A DNA stretch of 64,000 nucleotides from an uncultured Ignavibacterium sp. (GTDB lineage Bacteria; Bacteroidota; Ignavibacteria; Ch128b). Within the stretch, counting starts at the first letter, position 1, and the number at the start of each line of letters is the position of its first letter. Under the pieces are notes generated by a model. The model saw nothing but the letters and a program-made list of their open reading frames with translations. It was not told where the DNA came from and searched no databases. The stretch covers positions 248,724 to 312,723 of the forward strand of contig CAYVTW010000001.1 of NCBI GenBank assembly GCA_964454895.1. The letters run 5' to 3'. The position numbers were made by a program, and so were the translations under genes. Below are positions 32,421-44,144 of the stretch, one piece after another.

Positions 32421-34202
32421 ATGAGAGAGCTTTCACCACAAATTAGAACATCGATTATCTCTGTTTTAACGATTGCAATCTTCATCTCACTTGGTTTTAG
32501 ATTGTATCAGATCCAAATCATAGAAACTGAAAGATATCAGAAAACTTCTGAGAAAAATGCAATCAAAGAGAAAATAATCGAACCTTATCGTGGAATTTTC
32601 TATGATCGAAATTGGAAAGTGTTAGTTGATAATGAACCAGGTTTTACACTACGAATTACACCATATTACTTTGATACTTCCTTAATTCCCGTTATCGAAA
32701 CATACTTTAAATTAAAACCGGGTTACATAAAATATCTTTTAAGAGTAAACAAATCTTTCTCTCCTTTTATTCCAATTCGAGTTCAAAGAGGATTAACATT
32801 TGAACAAATCAGTTGGCTAGAAGAAAATAGAGAGTTTCTTCCTGGAGTTGATTACACAATCGATATGCAAAGATCATATCCAGCAGGAATTCGAGGATCA
32901 CATTTGTTTGGCTATTGCAAAGAAATTTCACGAAAAGAACTTGAACAGAAAAAAGAATATTACATAATGGGTGATTTTGTTGGTCATAATGGTCTCGAAA
33001 AATATTATGAAGAATATCTCAGAGGGACTAAGGGAAAACAATTTGTTTATGTCGATGCAAAAGGAAGAGAGGTTGGTCCAGTTAATGAAGGTAAAAATGA
33101 TATAAAACCAATTTCAGGGTATAATGCTCAATTAACAATTGATGGAGAATTACAAAAACTAGCAGAGGAATTATTAGAAGGAAAAAGTGGTGCCATTGTA
33201 GCAATCGATCCAAGCAATGGTGAAATTCTTACTCTTGTAAGTAAACCTGATTTTGATTTGTCACATTTTGCTAGTTTAACTCCTGCTTCAATTTGGCGAG
33301 AATTAAATTCAGATAAACGAGTACCTCTGTTTAATAGAGCAACTATGTCTATTTATCCTCCAGGGTCTTGTTTCAAACCAGTTAATGGTGTTGCTGCACT
33401 GAATGATGGCTTGATAGATGAAAAATATACTTACGGTTGTAGTGGAGGTTTTTCTTTTGGTAATCATTTCTATAAATGTATGGGAACGCATGGTGCCATA
33501 AATGTAGTTCATGCAATTGAAAAATCATGCAATACTTTTTTCTTTAGTTTGATACTAAAAAATGGCTTCGAAAGGTGGACAAAATATGGTAAGATGTTTG
33601 GCTTTGGTCAAAAAACTGGAATCGATATTTATGAGGAAAACTCTGGTATCTTACCTTCTGTAGAGTACTACAATAAAATTTATGGTGTTAATCGATGGAC
33701 AAAAGGTTACATCGTGAGTTTGGGTGTTGGTCAGGGTGAGCTTGGAGTAACTCCACTGCAAATGGCTGTATACACTGCAACGATTGCAAATGGAGGAACA
33801 TTTTATAGACCGCACGCGGTGCGAAAATTATTTAATCCCGACGCTAATCCGAAAGAAATAATAATTCCAATTGAAGGAAGGAAACTTCCCATTAAAGAAG
33901 AGGTGATGGAATTAATTCGAAAAGGGATGTTCCTAGTGGTGAACGGAGCTGGAACAGCAACACATGTTCGAATTCCTGGAATTCATGTAGCTGGTAAAAC
34001 AGGAACCGCACAAAATCCGCATGGAAAAGATCATGCTTGGTTCATCGGTTTTGCGCCTTTTGAAAATCCTAAAATTGCAATTGCAGTAATTGTAGAAAAC
34101 GCTGGATTTGGTGGTGCTATTGCTGCACCAATGGCAAAACAATTAATTGAATTTTATTTAAAGGATCAAGTAAAGAATGAAAAGGTTTTGGCTTCAAACT
34201 AA
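32421..34202 (+). CDS. mrdA: Penicillin-binding protein 2
   Basis: RGIFYDR; SxxK (SCFK), SxN (SCN), KTG motifs. Confidence 0.95.
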   Translation: MRELSPQIRTSIISVLTIAIFISLGFRLYQIQIIETERYQKTSEKNAIKEKIIEPYRGIFYDRNWKVLVDNEPGFTLRITPYYFDTSLIPVIETYFKLKPGYIKYLLRVNKSFSPFIPIRVQRGLTFEQISWLEENREFLPGVDYTIDMQRSYPAGIRGSHLFGYCKEISRKELEQKKEYYIMGDFVGHNGLEKYYEEYLRGTKGKQFVYVDAKGREVGPVNEGKNDIKPISGYNAQLTIDGELQKLAEELLEGKSGAIVAIDPSNGEILTLVSKPDFDLSHFASLTPASIWRELNSDKRVPLFNRATMSIYPPGSCFKPVNGVAALNDGLIDEKYTYGCSGGFSFGNHFYKCMGTHGAINVVHAIEKSCNTFFFSLILKNGFERWTKYGKMFGFGQKTGIDIYEENSGILPSVEYYNKIYGVNRWTKGYIVSLGVGQGELGVTPLQMAVYTATIANGGTFYRPHAVRKLFNPDANPKEIIIPIEGRKLPIKEEVMELIRKGMFLVVNGAGTATHVRIPGIHVAGKTGTAQNPHGKDHAWFIGFAPFENPKIAIAVIVENAGFGGAIAAPMAKQLIEFYLKDQVKNEKVLASN

Positions 34203-35442
34203 AGTAAATTCTGAGACGGTTGAAGGAAAGATTTCTGACAAGGTAGATTTTTATCTTTTAACCTCATCATTAATTATTGTATTATTTGGATTATTATCAA
34301 TTTATAGTTCCACGATAAATATTCCCGCACTTCATATTAATTTTTATAAACAACTTACTTTTGCATTCATCGGTATAATAGCAGGTCTAATCATTTTTAG
34401 TCTTCCACTTAAAGTATTCAATCTTGTAGCAACTCCTTTCTATACACTTTCTATCCTCTTATTAATAATCGTGTTGTTTTTCGGCAAAAAAGTATCGGGC
34501 AATCAAGCATGGATCAATATTGGATTTTTCTCCCTACAACCATCAGAAATTTCAAAATTTGCTGTTATACTACTTCTATCTAGCATATATTCGAAAAAAA
34601 ATTTTAATGTAAATAGTGTTAAAGGTTTCAGTATTGTTGCAGGAGTTATCTTAATTCCAACTTTGCTAATTATCTTACAAAAAGATATAGGCACGGCTTT
34701 AGTATTTTTCTCGATTTTAATTTTTGGTCTTTTCTGGAATGGATTATCTGGTTTCTCTGTATTTGTTATTGTTAGTCCAATGATTGTAGCTTTTGCTTCA
34801 ATATTAGGATTTGCTCCTCTCTTAGTATCTTTAGTTTTGGTCATTGCTGCACTATATTATTTCAAAAGAGAATTATTTTTATCTATTGGAATATTGGCAT
34901 TAAATCTTTCTGCAGCTGTGCTTGTTGAACTATCTTTTCATTTTCTCTCACCCCATCAAATAAATAGAATTAAAAATTTTCTCGATCCGAATTTTGATCC
35001 ACTTGGAAGTGGCTACAATGCTTTACAGGCTAAAGTGGCTGTGGGTTCAGGTGGTTTATTTGGTAAAGGATTTCTCTCGGGGAGTCAAACACAATTAAAA
35101 TTCATTCCAGAGCAATGGACTGATTTTATTTTTTGTGTTATTGGTGAAGAGTTTGGTTTTATTGGTTCGATATTCGTTTTGCTGCTTTATTTTATAGTAA
35201 TTACGCGTATGCTCTATATAGCTCGAACAACAGATTCAGTTTTCAGGAGTAGTGTGATGATTATGTCCGTCTCAGTATTACTAACACACATATTTATTAA
35301 TGTTGGAATGACAATAGGTCTTGTCCCTGTAATTGGAATACCTTTACCTTTGATGAGTTATGGAGGTAGTGCCCTTGTAACAAATATGATGATAATAGCG
35401 ACTGCATTAAATTTTTATCGTCATCGTACTTCTTATGCTTGA
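34177..35442 (+). CDS. rodA: SEDS glycosyltransferase RodA
   Basis: [42 protein letters not shown]; follows mrdA; exact start uncertain. Confidence 0.93.
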   Translation: MKRFWLQTKVNSETVEGKISDKVDFYLLTSSLIIVLFGLLSIYSSTINIPALHINFYKQLTFAFIGIIAGLIIFSLPLKVFNLVATPFYTLSILLLIIVLFFGKKVSGNQAWINIGFFSLQPSEISKFAVILLLSSIYSKKNFNVNSVKGFSIVAGVILIPTLLIILQKDIGTALVFFSILIFGLFWNGLSGFSVFVIVSPMIVAFASILGFAPLLVSLVLVIAALYYFKRELFLSIGILALNLSAAVLVELSFHFLSPHQINRIKNFLDPNFDPLGSGYNALQAKVAVGSGGLFGKGFLSGSQTQLKFIPEQWTDFIFCVIGEEFGFIGSIFVLLLYFIVITRMLYIARTTDSVFRSSVMIMSVSVLLTHIFINVGMTIGLVPVIGIPLPLMSYGGSALVTNMMIIATALNFYRHRTSYA

Positions 35443-35510
35443 ATTCTTTTAAATGAATTTCATTAATTTTGAAAAAGTCTTAAAACTAAAAACTTCATAG
35501 TGAGGTTGAG

Positions 35511-38354
35511 ATGATCAAAAAATTATTTTTTGCCTTCCTAACATTAGCACAATTAGTTGGATTAATTTATGCAGGCAACACAGGAAAAATTGCCGGAAAG
35601 GTTATTGACAGAGAAACAAGAGAGCCAATCCCATTTGCTAATGTTATTGTAGAAGGAACTCAACTTGGTGCTGCTACTAATCTCAATGGTGAATTTGTTA
35701 TTCTCAATGTTCCACCAGGAGTTTATACAGTAACTGCATCTGTAGTTGGGTATCAAAAAAAATCAATCACTGAGGTTCGAGTTAATGTTGATTTTACAAC
35801 AAGGCTTGAATTTCAACTAACTCAAGGCTCGATTGATTTACCACCCGTTGTTGTACAGGGTGAGAGAAATCCTTTAATAAGACAAGATTTAACTAATCCT
35901 GTTGCATCTATCACAAGCGATAAAATTGATGAGTTGCCAGTGGATCAGATTGCTGATGTGATAAAACTACAAGCTGGTGTTGTTGTTGGTAACGATGGTG
36001 ATATTCATATTCGTGGTGGATATGGAAACGAGATCGCTTATACTCTAAACGGTATAACTTTGAATGATCCATATGGAAATCGAAGATCTGTTGGACTTGC
36101 TACCAATGCTGTTCAAGAAGTTTCGGTTTCAAGTGGAACTTTTAGTGCCGAGTATGGAAATGCTCTATCTGGTGTAGTCAATTATGTTACGAAAGAGGGT
36201 CCTTCAAAATACACAGGTAGTATTAGAGCATATTCTGGTGATTATGTGACTAAACGGAATGATCTTTTCGAAAATATTGATGAAATAAATCCACTTAATA
36301 GGGCAAGAACTGAATTTACTTTTGGTGGTCCTTTACCAGTGCTTTTTAGTAGAAATGTAAATTTCTTTATTTCCTCAGTATATGAAGATTTCAAAGGTTC
36401 ACTGTATGGGAAAAGACTATATAGACCTGCAGATTCATACCTTGAAAGAAATAATTTTAGATCAAGTGATCCTAGAAGTGGAAAATCTACTGATCCATAT
36501 TTCTTCAACCCATATAGCAAAGACTCGACGGGACTTCCCACAGGTGATGGCGCTTGGGTTCCTATGAATTGGTCGAGGAATTTTAATTTCCAAAGTAATT
36601 TTATAATCAAGCCATTACCAACAATTAAATTTAAGTATGAATATGTATTTGAGAAAGGAACATCTCAGGATTTTGATAGATCATATAAATACAATCCCGA
36701 TGGAAGACCAACAAATTATACCAATGGATATATTCATGCATTCGACTGGACCCATACAATTTCTAATAATGTTTTTTACACACTGAAGATGTCTTATTCT
36801 GATAATTATGCCAAATCTTATTTATATGAAAGTCCTTATGATGAACGATACTTACCTTCACTCTATGCAAGATCGATTGGAAACACAACATTTCTCGCAG
36901 GCGGAACTGATAATTCGAGATTTTTCAGAAGGACACAAACTTTAGGTGTTAAAGGAGATCTGGTTGCTCAGTTGTTCGATGTTCATGAGGTAAAAGTTGG
37001 ATTCGAAATCAGAAAACATAGGTTAAATGTAGAAAGTTATACAGTACAGGTCGGATATATAAATGAGCGAGGATTATTTACAACATTAACCCCAGCTATT
37101 TTATTGTATGATTCTGTTCAACTTGTAAGAAGAATACCTACTGATACATCACTCTACACTAGTTATGAAAGATTACCTTTACAAGCGGCAGCTTACATTC
37201 AAGATAAAATAGAATTAGCCGCATCAATGATTTTAAATGTTGGTTTAAGATATGAATTCTTTAATCCAGCTGCTCAATACAACCCATATGTTAGTAAAGA
37301 TTTGAGTGAATTAAAAGCAGGATCTATAACAAAAAGTGCAGCCGACGCAAAACCAAAGCATAGATTAAGTCCGAGAGTAAGTGTTTCTTACCCAATCACC
37401 GATAGAGGAGTGATAAGATTTTCTTATGGACACTTCTACCAAATACCTTCATTAGCGAGTCTTTATCGAAATCCATTCTTTTATGTTGCTAACTTCGGAG
37501 AGAATCCAACTTTTGGTAATCCAAATGTCGAACCTCAACGAAGTGTTCAATATGAGCTTGGTTTACAACAACTTCTCTTGGATGATTTAAAACTTGAAGT
37601 GACAGGATTTTATAAAGATGTAAGCAATTACATTTACACACAACAAATTTATACAAATGAAGGAAGAGCATTTTATCTTCTCACAAATCTTGCTTATTCA
37701 AGTAGTAAAGGAATAACAATTTCTTTATTAAAAAGGAGATCTCCGCAAGATTTCTTCTCTGCTTCACTTGACTATACTTTTTCACTTGCTGAAGGAAATA
37801 GAACATATCCATCAGATGAATTATTCTTTAGTGAAAAAAGTGGAAAGCAGAGTGAGACTTACCTCGTTCCTTTTAGTTTTGATAGAAGTCATGTGATTAA
37901 TGCAACTTTAGCTTTCACTCAACCAAATAATTGGATCGCTTCATTCATTGGTTATTTCCAAACTGGAACTCCTTATACTCCAATTTTCCCGTCTAATATT
38001 GTAGATATTACTTTTGAACAAAACTCTGCAAGACAACCCATTCAATGGAATGTTGATTTTAAATTCGAAAAATTCTTCATGCTTGGCAATTTGAAACTCT
38101 CTCTGTTTGCGCAAATTGAAAATTTATTCGATAATGAAAACGAGTTATATGTCTACGCATCTACTGGTCGAGCTTTAAGTGCAATAGAAGAAAAAGATAT
38201 TAATATTGTTTTCTCTGATATGTTGAGAAGAATTAAAAGAGGTGATGCAGGATTGGTGCCTATGAGTGAAATAGAAAGATATTATTCACTTCGACCAGAG
38301 AGGATCAATCGGCCCCGTGAAATTCGTTTAGGTTTTCAATTAATATTTAACTGA
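35511..38354 (+). CDS. TonB-dependent receptor with CarboxypepD_reg-like N-terminal extension and plug
   Basis: Signal peptide; GKIAGKVID..EPIPFANV; plug HIRGG..NGI..DP..FSAEYGNALSGVVN; barrel; terminal LGFQLIFN. Confidence 0.92.
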   Translation: MIKKLFFAFLTLAQLVGLIYAGNTGKIAGKVIDRETREPIPFANVIVEGTQLGAATNLNGEFVILNVPPGVYTVTASVVGYQKKSITEVRVNVDFTTRLEFQLTQGSIDLPPVVVQGERNPLIRQDLTNPVASITSDKIDELPVDQIADVIKLQAGVVVGNDGDIHIRGGYGNEIAYTLNGITLNDPYGNRRSVGLATNAVQEVSVSSGTFSAEYGNALSGVVNYVTKEGPSKYTGSIRAYSGDYVTKRNDLFENIDEINPLNRARTEFTFGGPLPVLFSRNVNFFISSVYEDFKGSLYGKRLYRPADSYLERNNFRSSDPRSGKSTDPYFFNPYSKDSTGLPTGDGAWVPMNWSRNFNFQSNFIIKPLPTIKFKYEYVFEKGTSQDFDRSYKYNPDGRPTNYTNGYIHAFDWTHTISNNVFYTLKMSYSDNYAKSYLYESPYDERYLPSLYARSIGNTTFLAGGTDNSRFFRRTQTLGVKGDLVAQLFDVHEVKVGFEIRKHRLNVESYTVQVGYINERGLFTTLTPAILLYDSVQLVRRIPTDTSLYTSYERLPLQAAAYIQDKIELAASMILNVGLRYEFFNPAAQYNPYVSKDLSELKAGSITKSAADAKPKHRLSPRVSVSYPITDRGVIRFSYGHFYQIPSLASLYRNPFFYVANFGENPTFGNPNVEPQRSVQYELGLQQLLLDDLKLEVTGFYKDVSNYIYTQQIYTNEGRAFYLLTNLAYSSSKGITISLLKRRSPQDFFSASLDYTFSLAEGNRTYPSDELFFSEKSGKQSETYLVPFSFDRSHVINATLAFTQPNNWIASFIGYFQTGTPYTPIFPSNIVDITFEQNSARQPIQWNVDFKFEKFFMLGNLKLSLFAQIENLFDNENELYVYASTGRALSAIEEKDINIVFSDMLRRIKRGDAGLVPMSEIERYYSLRPERINRPREIRLGFQLIFN

Positions 38355-38374
38355 ACTTCTAAAGGAGAAGAACG

Positions 38375-41300
38375 ATGAGAAAAAGAATAATTCTTCCTTT
38401 TATCCTGATTTTGGCTCTCGCAATAAATCTTGTTGCACAGAATAAAGATCAGTATGGAAATTATATCTTAAAAGAATTGACTGAAAAACAAGCTTTACAA
38501 TTATTTGGTAAACCAGGAGAAAGGCTCGCAAAATCGCTAGGTAATCCTAATCTTATCAAAGAAAGTATAATTCAAGGCAATAAAGTAAAAACAGTTTTAT
38601 TTAATTATGGTTCGATCTGTGCACCAAACTATTTAGGAAACATAGCTGACTTAGTATGGAATGGATTAGGATATGGTTTCGAATTTGGTCCTCTTGCAGC
38701 AGCTGAAGTAGTAAATGGAAGAGGTGATACTTTACGAATTGTTGACGATTCCTTTATCAGAACATTTCAAGGTGACTATGACCCATCAGGAAGGATAAAA
38801 TGGGGATGGCTTCCAAAAGATGGATATGTTGATCCAAATCAAAATGAAATTGCTAGATTAAATGCACCTGATAATAATGGAGATGGAAAACCGGATAGCT
38901 GGCCCGAAAACTGGTATAATCCCGGTGCAGGTAAATATCTCTGGCCAGCATTTTTAGGTGATCAAGCAACTGCTCCTGATGAAGAAGTTTATTTTGTTAT
39001 TGATGATTATACAAATGCTGAATTTCCTTATTATCCTTTTCCAAATGATTCTTCAAAAAGAGGTCTTGGATTAGATATGGAAGTTCGTGTTCTTCAGTTT
39101 AACAACCCATTAGCTGAAGATATTGTATTTTTAGTTTATCAAACAACAAACGCAAGTCCACGAACCTTACCAAGAGTATATTTTGGAATGCACGGCGACC
39201 CACATGTTGGTGGCCCAGCTAATTATAGTGATGATAGAGCTTTCTTTATTCCGCCTGCTGGTCCTTTAGCCGATCCATATCCTCAAAGATCAAGAAGTAT
39301 GGTTTATGCTTGGGATGATGATATGAAAGGTGATGGAGGTAAATGGTGTGGCTACTTTGGTTGGAAATTTCTCGAAAGCCCAAGCCAGCATACAGATGCT
39401 AAAGACAACGATGATGATGGGATTACTGATGAAAGTCCATTTAATGATGCTGGTTTCTATATCGATGGAGTTCAATATCCATTGACATATGGAATTTCAA
39501 ATGTTACAAAGTACAGAGAAATCTATGGCGCACCGAAACCAAGGTGGTCGGGTGATGAAGATGGTGATTGGGATCCCGCTATACATGATATTGGAATTGA
39601 TGGAATTGGTCCAGATTCTCCCAACTATCCTGGACCAGATTATGGCGAAGGTGATGGCAAACCAACTCAAGCTTGGTATTTAGATGTTAATGGCAACGGA
39701 AAATATGATGTAGGTGAACCAATTTCTGAAATCAGACTGCCTGGTTATAAATGGGCAGGTTCGGAACCTCACTTTGGATTAAGAGATATTTCAGAATCTG
39801 ATCAATTAGGATTAACAAGTTTTCATGCTGCGGTTTATACTAATTCACTTCCCAATGTTCCAATGAATGATGAGTTGATGTGGGAATGGTTATCCAGTGA
39901 AACAATTGATCCAAACCAGGAATTACTACAGCAACCTGGTGATAATGTTTTTAACTTTGGGACTGGTCCATTCAAGCTTGAACCTGGTGAAACACAAAGA
40001 TTTTCAATGTGTATCTTGTTTGGAGAGAATTTAAATGATTTGGTATTAAATGCTGAAATATCTACAAGAATCCTTGAAGCAGACTATCGCTTTGCTCAAC
40101 CTCCAGCTAAACCTGTTGTTACTGCTGTCCCTGGTGATGGTCGTGTAACGTTGTTCTGGGATACTAGAGCAGAACAGTCAGTAGATCCACTTACCGGATT
40201 AAAAGATTTTCAAGGGTACAAAATATATAGAAGCCAAGATCCAAAATTTACAGATGTTTTTAAGATAACTGATGGAAACGGAGTTCCATATCTTGGTGTT
40301 CCATTATTCGATCCAAATACCGGCAAATATGCACAGTTTGACTTAATTGACTCTCTAAAAGGATTTCATCCTGTTGAATATATGGGAAGAGGTATTAAAT
40401 ATTGGATTGGCAATAATACAGGTTTAGTTCATGAATATGTTGACTCAACTGTTAAAAATGGTATTACATATTATTATGCTGTAGTATCATACGATGGTGG
40501 ATCACTTGTACCAGGTAGGGAATTACCTCCATCGGAATCACCTATGGTAATAATGCAAGATCCGATCACTGGTGAATTGAAATTTGATGTTAACACCGTA
40601 ATGGTTACGCCAGGGCCAAGAGCAAGAGGAACTCTAACTGATTTAAATAATAATTTAACCATCCAACAACAAAGAGGTATTTCTACGGGTAAAATAGCTG
40701 TTAAAACTTATGACAGCAAAGCAGTTAAAGATGGTAACGAATATCTGGTTGAATTCACATCAACCGATAAATTTAATTTGACAAATTTGACAGGTGTAAC
40801 CGACAAAATTATTTCAAAGGATACGATTTTAGTAAATCTATCGTATCAAAATATTATTCTCAGCAGCGTTGTTGTAAAAGATGAAGCTGGTAATGTAGTT
40901 CCGAATTCTAAATATTTAATTGCACCAACTACTGGGAAAATTAGAGGCATAAATCCCGGAGATCTCGCAGCTGGAACAACTTATTATGTTACATATAAAT
41001 ATTACCCAATCTATCAAAGCAATTATATTAATGGCGAGGATGCAAATCCTACTTTCGATGGAATGAGATTATTTTTATATAATGATACACTTGGTATAGA
41101 TAGAAAGAATTCTGGTTGGGTTTCAGGTAAAAAAACTAATCTGAGAGATACTATAATTTGGGTTCCTCGTACTGTCTCTCCTGCTAATCCACATTTACCA
41201 ACTGACCTTGATTTCAAAATTGAATTTACCAGCATGGATACTCTCACCAATGGAAGATATTCACAACCAGGTGACACTGTACGCAATCAATCAAATCAAT

Positions 41301-41932
41301 TAACTGTTTGTCCATTTAATATCACAATTGCAACTCAAGATTCTATGTTAGGTCGAAAAGCTGACTACTTAATCTTCGAAGGTATTGCTGCAACTCGAGG
41401 TAATGGAAGATGGGATCCAGGTGAAGATATAATATTTTTCCCAAGAGTAAGAGATAGATTAAGAACATCCTATCAGGTTACATTCTCTCTGCCTGCCGGT
41501 ACTTTTGTTCCACCTCAGGGCGATGTTTATTACTTAAGAACTACTAAACCTTTTAAGCCAGGAGATCAATTTTATTTCAAGACGATTGGTGAAAAATTCG
41601 ATAAGCAACTTGCGAAGAGTCAGCTTGAAAATATTTATGTAGTTCCTAATCCTTATGTCGCATTTTCTGATGCAGAACAACCAGCACGCCAACCGAATCG
41701 TAGAGGTGAAAAAGTACTTCAATTTAGAAATCTGCCAAAAGAATGTACAATTAGAATTTACACAATTGCTGGCGAGCTTGTTCAAACACTTCATAAGAAT
41801 GATGATGGAAGTATTCTTAACTGGGATTTATTAAGTTATGAAGGGATGAGAATAGCATATGGTGTTTACATCTATCATGTTGATGCTCCAGGTGTTGGTG
41901 AAAAGATTGGTCGATTTGCAGTAATTAAATAA
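38375..41932 (+). CDS. Large secreted protein (1185 aa), paralog of 1942-5481
   Basis: SD AAGGAG; signal peptide (LVA|QN); PDNNGDGKPDSW, DVNGNGKYD; FN3-like PVVTAVPGDGRVTLFWD; C-terminal VVPNPY..IRIYTIAGELV..GVYIYHV..RFAVIK. Confidence 0.85.
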   Translation: MRKRIILPFILILALAINLVAQNKDQYGNYILKELTEKQALQLFGKPGERLAKSLGNPNLIKESIIQGNKVKTVLFNYGSICAPNYLGNIADLVWNGLGYGFEFGPLAAAEVVNGRGDTLRIVDDSFIRTFQGDYDPSGRIKWGWLPKDGYVDPNQNEIARLNAPDNNGDGKPDSWPENWYNPGAGKYLWPAFLGDQATAPDEEVYFVIDDYTNAEFPYYPFPNDSSKRGLGLDMEVRVLQFNNPLAEDIVFLVYQTTNASPRTLPRVYFGMHGDPHVGGPANYSDDRAFFIPPAGPLADPYPQRSRSMVYAWDDDMKGDGGKWCGYFGWKFLESPSQHTDAKDNDDDGITDESPFNDAGFYIDGVQYPLTYGISNVTKYREIYGAPKPRWSGDEDGDWDPAIHDIGIDGIGPDSPNYPGPDYGEGDGKPTQAWYLDVNGNGKYDVGEPISEIRLPGYKWAGSEPHFGLRDISESDQLGLTSFHAAVYTNSLPNVPMNDELMWEWLSSETIDPNQELLQQPGDNVFNFGTGPFKLEPGETQRFSMCILFGENLNDLVLNAEISTRILEADYRFAQPPAKPVVTAVPGDGRVTLFWDTRAEQSVDPLTGLKDFQGYKIYRSQDPKFTDVFKITDGNGVPYLGVPLFDPNTGKYAQFDLIDSLKGFHPVEYMGRGIKYWIGNNTGLVHEYVDSTVKNGITYYYAVVSYDGGSLVPGRELPPSESPMVIMQDPITGELKFDVNTVMVTPGPRARGTLTDLNNNLTIQQQRGISTGKIAVKTYDSKAVKDGNEYLVEFTSTDKFNLTNLTGVTDKIISKDTILVNLSYQNIILSSVVVKDEAGNVVPNSKYLIAPTTGKIRGINPGDLAAGTTYYVTYKYYPIYQSNYINGEDANPTFDGMRLFLYNDTLGIDRKNSGWVSGKKTNLRDTIIWVPRTVSPANPHLPTDLDFKIEFTSMDTLTNGRYSQPGDTVRNQSNQLTVCPFNITIATQDSMLGRKADYLIFEGIAATRGNGRWDPGEDIIFFPRVRDRLRTSYQVTFSLPAGTFVPPQGDVYYLRTTKPFKPGDQFYFKTIGEKFDKQLAKSQLENIYVVPNPYVAFSDAEQPARQPNRRGEKVLQFRNLPKECTIRIYTIAGELVQTLHKNDDGSILNWDLLSYEGMRIAYGVYIYHVDAPGVGEKIGRFAVIK

Positions 41933-41943
41933 AATTACGGAGA

Positions 41944-42981
41944 ATGAAAATGAGAAAATTAATTTTAATCTCGGCAATTATAGTTGGAATTACTGTGTCC
42001 CTTTCATTTGCTCAACTGGATAGAAGCACATCGAAAGTTGGAACTACCGCTGCAACTTTTTTGAAGATCAATGCTGGAGCTCGTGCAATTGGTATGGCTG
42101 GCGCTTTTGCTGCAATGGAAAATGACATTTATTCAATTTATTACAACCCAGCTGGTATATCTAGAATTAGTGGTACAGGTGCTGCAGCTTTCAATCATGC
42201 AAATTGGTTAGCGGATATGAGTTATGATTTTGCAGCTCTTGCATTGAATTTAGGAGATGTTGGGAGTATTGCTTTAAGTTTAACTTCTTTTCGTGTCCCT
42301 GAGGAAAAAGTTCGAACATTTGATAATCCCGAAGGCGATGGAAGATATTGGGATGCAAGTTCACTTGCTTTGGGTTTATCTTATGCAAGAAATTTAACCG
42401 ATAATTTTTCGATTGGTTTTAATTTCAAATACATTAGAGAGCAGGTTTGGGATATGAACGCTAGCTCAATCTCTCTCGATGCTGGTACAATGTACACAAC
42501 ACCATTCAATGGTTTAAGAATAGGTGCTAGCATTTCTAACTTTGGGACTAAAATGAAGCTTGAGGGAAGAAATACTTATTTTAATATCGATCCAAACAAT
42601 GATCCTAATTCAGGTCCTAATAATATACCTGCCGAACATCGTTTAGCTTATTATGATATTCCACTTTCGTTTAGAGTAGGACTAGCAATGGAAGTGATAA
42701 AATCACAATTATTAACTGTTACAACTTCGGTTGACGCAGTTCATCCTAACGACAACACCGAATATCTGAATCTTGGTCTAGAACTCAATTTCAATAATAA
42801 TTTTTATGCAAGAGGTGGTTATAAATCATTATTCCTAAGAGATAGCGAACAAAGCTTTACTTTTGGTTTTGGTTTGAATTATCCAATTGTAAATGATATC
42901 GGAATCTCGTTGAATTATGGCTTTGCTGATTATGGAAGATTGAAAGCAGTTCAATTTTTAGATGTTATTGTGAAATTTTAA
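41944..42981 (+). CDS. PorV/PorQ-family outer-membrane beta-barrel, paralog of 5502-6524
   Basis: AATFLKINAGARAIGMAGAF..YYNPAG; terminal VIVKF; true start may be ATG 41950 by SD spacing. Confidence 0.85.
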   Translation: MKMRKLILISAIIVGITVSLSFAQLDRSTSKVGTTAATFLKINAGARAIGMAGAFAAMENDIYSIYYNPAGISRISGTGAAAFNHANWLADMSYDFAALALNLGDVGSIALSLTSFRVPEEKVRTFDNPEGDGRYWDASSLALGLSYARNLTDNFSIGFNFKYIREQVWDMNASSISLDAGTMYTTPFNGLRIGASISNFGTKMKLEGRNTYFNIDPNNDPNSGPNNIPAEHRLAYYDIPLSFRVGLAMEVIKSQLLTVTTSVDAVHPNDNTEYLNLGLELNFNNNFYARGGYKSLFLRDSEQSFTFGFGLNYPIVNDIGISLNYGFADYGRLKAVQFLDVIVKF

Positions 42982-42990
42982 TTAACTACT

Positions 42991-43740
42991 ATGGCAGTCA
43001 GATCGAAAAATAGTATTTCCGATTTGACTGCCAATTTAATTTTAAAAATTAACGAAGCACTTCTCAAGAAATTTGGAAAACCACCTAGAAATTTTTCCTC
43101 AGATCCTCTCGATATTTTAGTTGCAACTATTTTATCCCAAAACACAAACGATTTAAATTCACATAAAGCATTTTTAAATCTTAAGAAAGAATTTATTGAT
43201 TACAATCAGCTTCTCTCAATTGATATAAAAAAAATTGAAAAAGTAATTAAAGTAGCTGGACTTGGAAGACAAAAAGCTAAAACAATAAAAAATTTTTTAA
43301 TTAAACTTAAGAAAGAAAAAGATGTTTTGGATCTTGGTTTTCTCAAGAAATTTAGTGTCAAGGAAGCATTAGATTATTTGACAAGTTTTGAAGGGATTGG
43401 AAGTAAAACTGCAGCTTGCGTTTTATTGTTCGGATTGCATAAAAATGTTTGTCCAGTTGATACACATATTCATCGTGTATTGAATAGAGTTGGTCTTGTT
43501 AAAACATCAAATCGCGAAAAGACTTTTCAATTTCTAACAGAGAATTTACCAGACAAGATTGCTCACGAATTTCACACGAATTTGATTAAGCTAGGACGAT
43601 CATTTTGCACTAGTCAGAATCCAAAATGTTTTGACTGCCCATTGAAAAAGTTTTGTAAATATGAAAATAAGAACTTGATTAAAGCATCAGGAAAAAAACT
43701 AGATAAGAAAATAAATTTTATGCTCTTAGATTCAGTTTGA
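42991..43740 (+). CDS. nth: Endonuclease III-family DNA glycosylase
   Basis: ILSQNT, HhH motif EGIGSKTA, PVDTH, [4Fe-4S] loop CTSQNPKCFDCPLKKFC. Confidence 0.88.
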   Translation: MAVRSKNSISDLTANLILKINEALLKKFGKPPRNFSSDPLDILVATILSQNTNDLNSHKAFLNLKKEFIDYNQLLSIDIKKIEKVIKVAGLGRQKAKTIKNFLIKLKKEKDVLDLGFLKKFSVKEALDYLTSFEGIGSKTAACVLLFGLHKNVCPVDTHIHRVLNRVGLVKTSNREKTFQFLTENLPDKIAHEFHTNLIKLGRSFCTSQNPKCFDCPLKKFCKYENKNLIKASGKKLDKKINFMLLDSV

Positions 43741-44099
43741 TTGTTGAAAAGTGTTTTTATCAATTTAGGATTTATCATTTACTTAAGTTAATTAATCAAA
43801 TATTTTCACTTCCACAGAAATCAAAATCCAATACTCAATTTTCAAATCTGATGTAGTAAAACATTTTCAATCTTTAATAATAGAGTGAAATTAATAGAGG
43901 GCTTTAAGAAATTTTTGTTCATAAAATTTGTGAGTAAATTTTTGGAATCAGTATTCAATCCATTAAGATGAATTTTAATACTTAATTAATTTTCATCAGT
44001 TCTTAATCCTTGTGCTGAGGATAGAATTAATAAAATTTATTTAATTGGGTAAATGAGAATTAGAATTGTTGAAGCATATTAAAAAGGTCCTTTAAAATT

Positions 44100-44122
44100 A
44101 AAAACCCCACCGAAGTGGGGTT
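44100..44122 (-). terminator. Intrinsic terminator of the csp gene
   Basis: Minus strand AACCCCAC-TTCG-GTGGGGTT then T-run; C(UUCG)G tetraloop. Confidence 0.85.
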
Positions 44123-44144
44123 CATCAATCATGTTTACTTTCTA

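Noticed and set aside
43741-44099. 360-nt gap between nth and csp as an ncRNA or small gene
   Set aside because: Very AT-rich, with no convincing stem, ORF or motif
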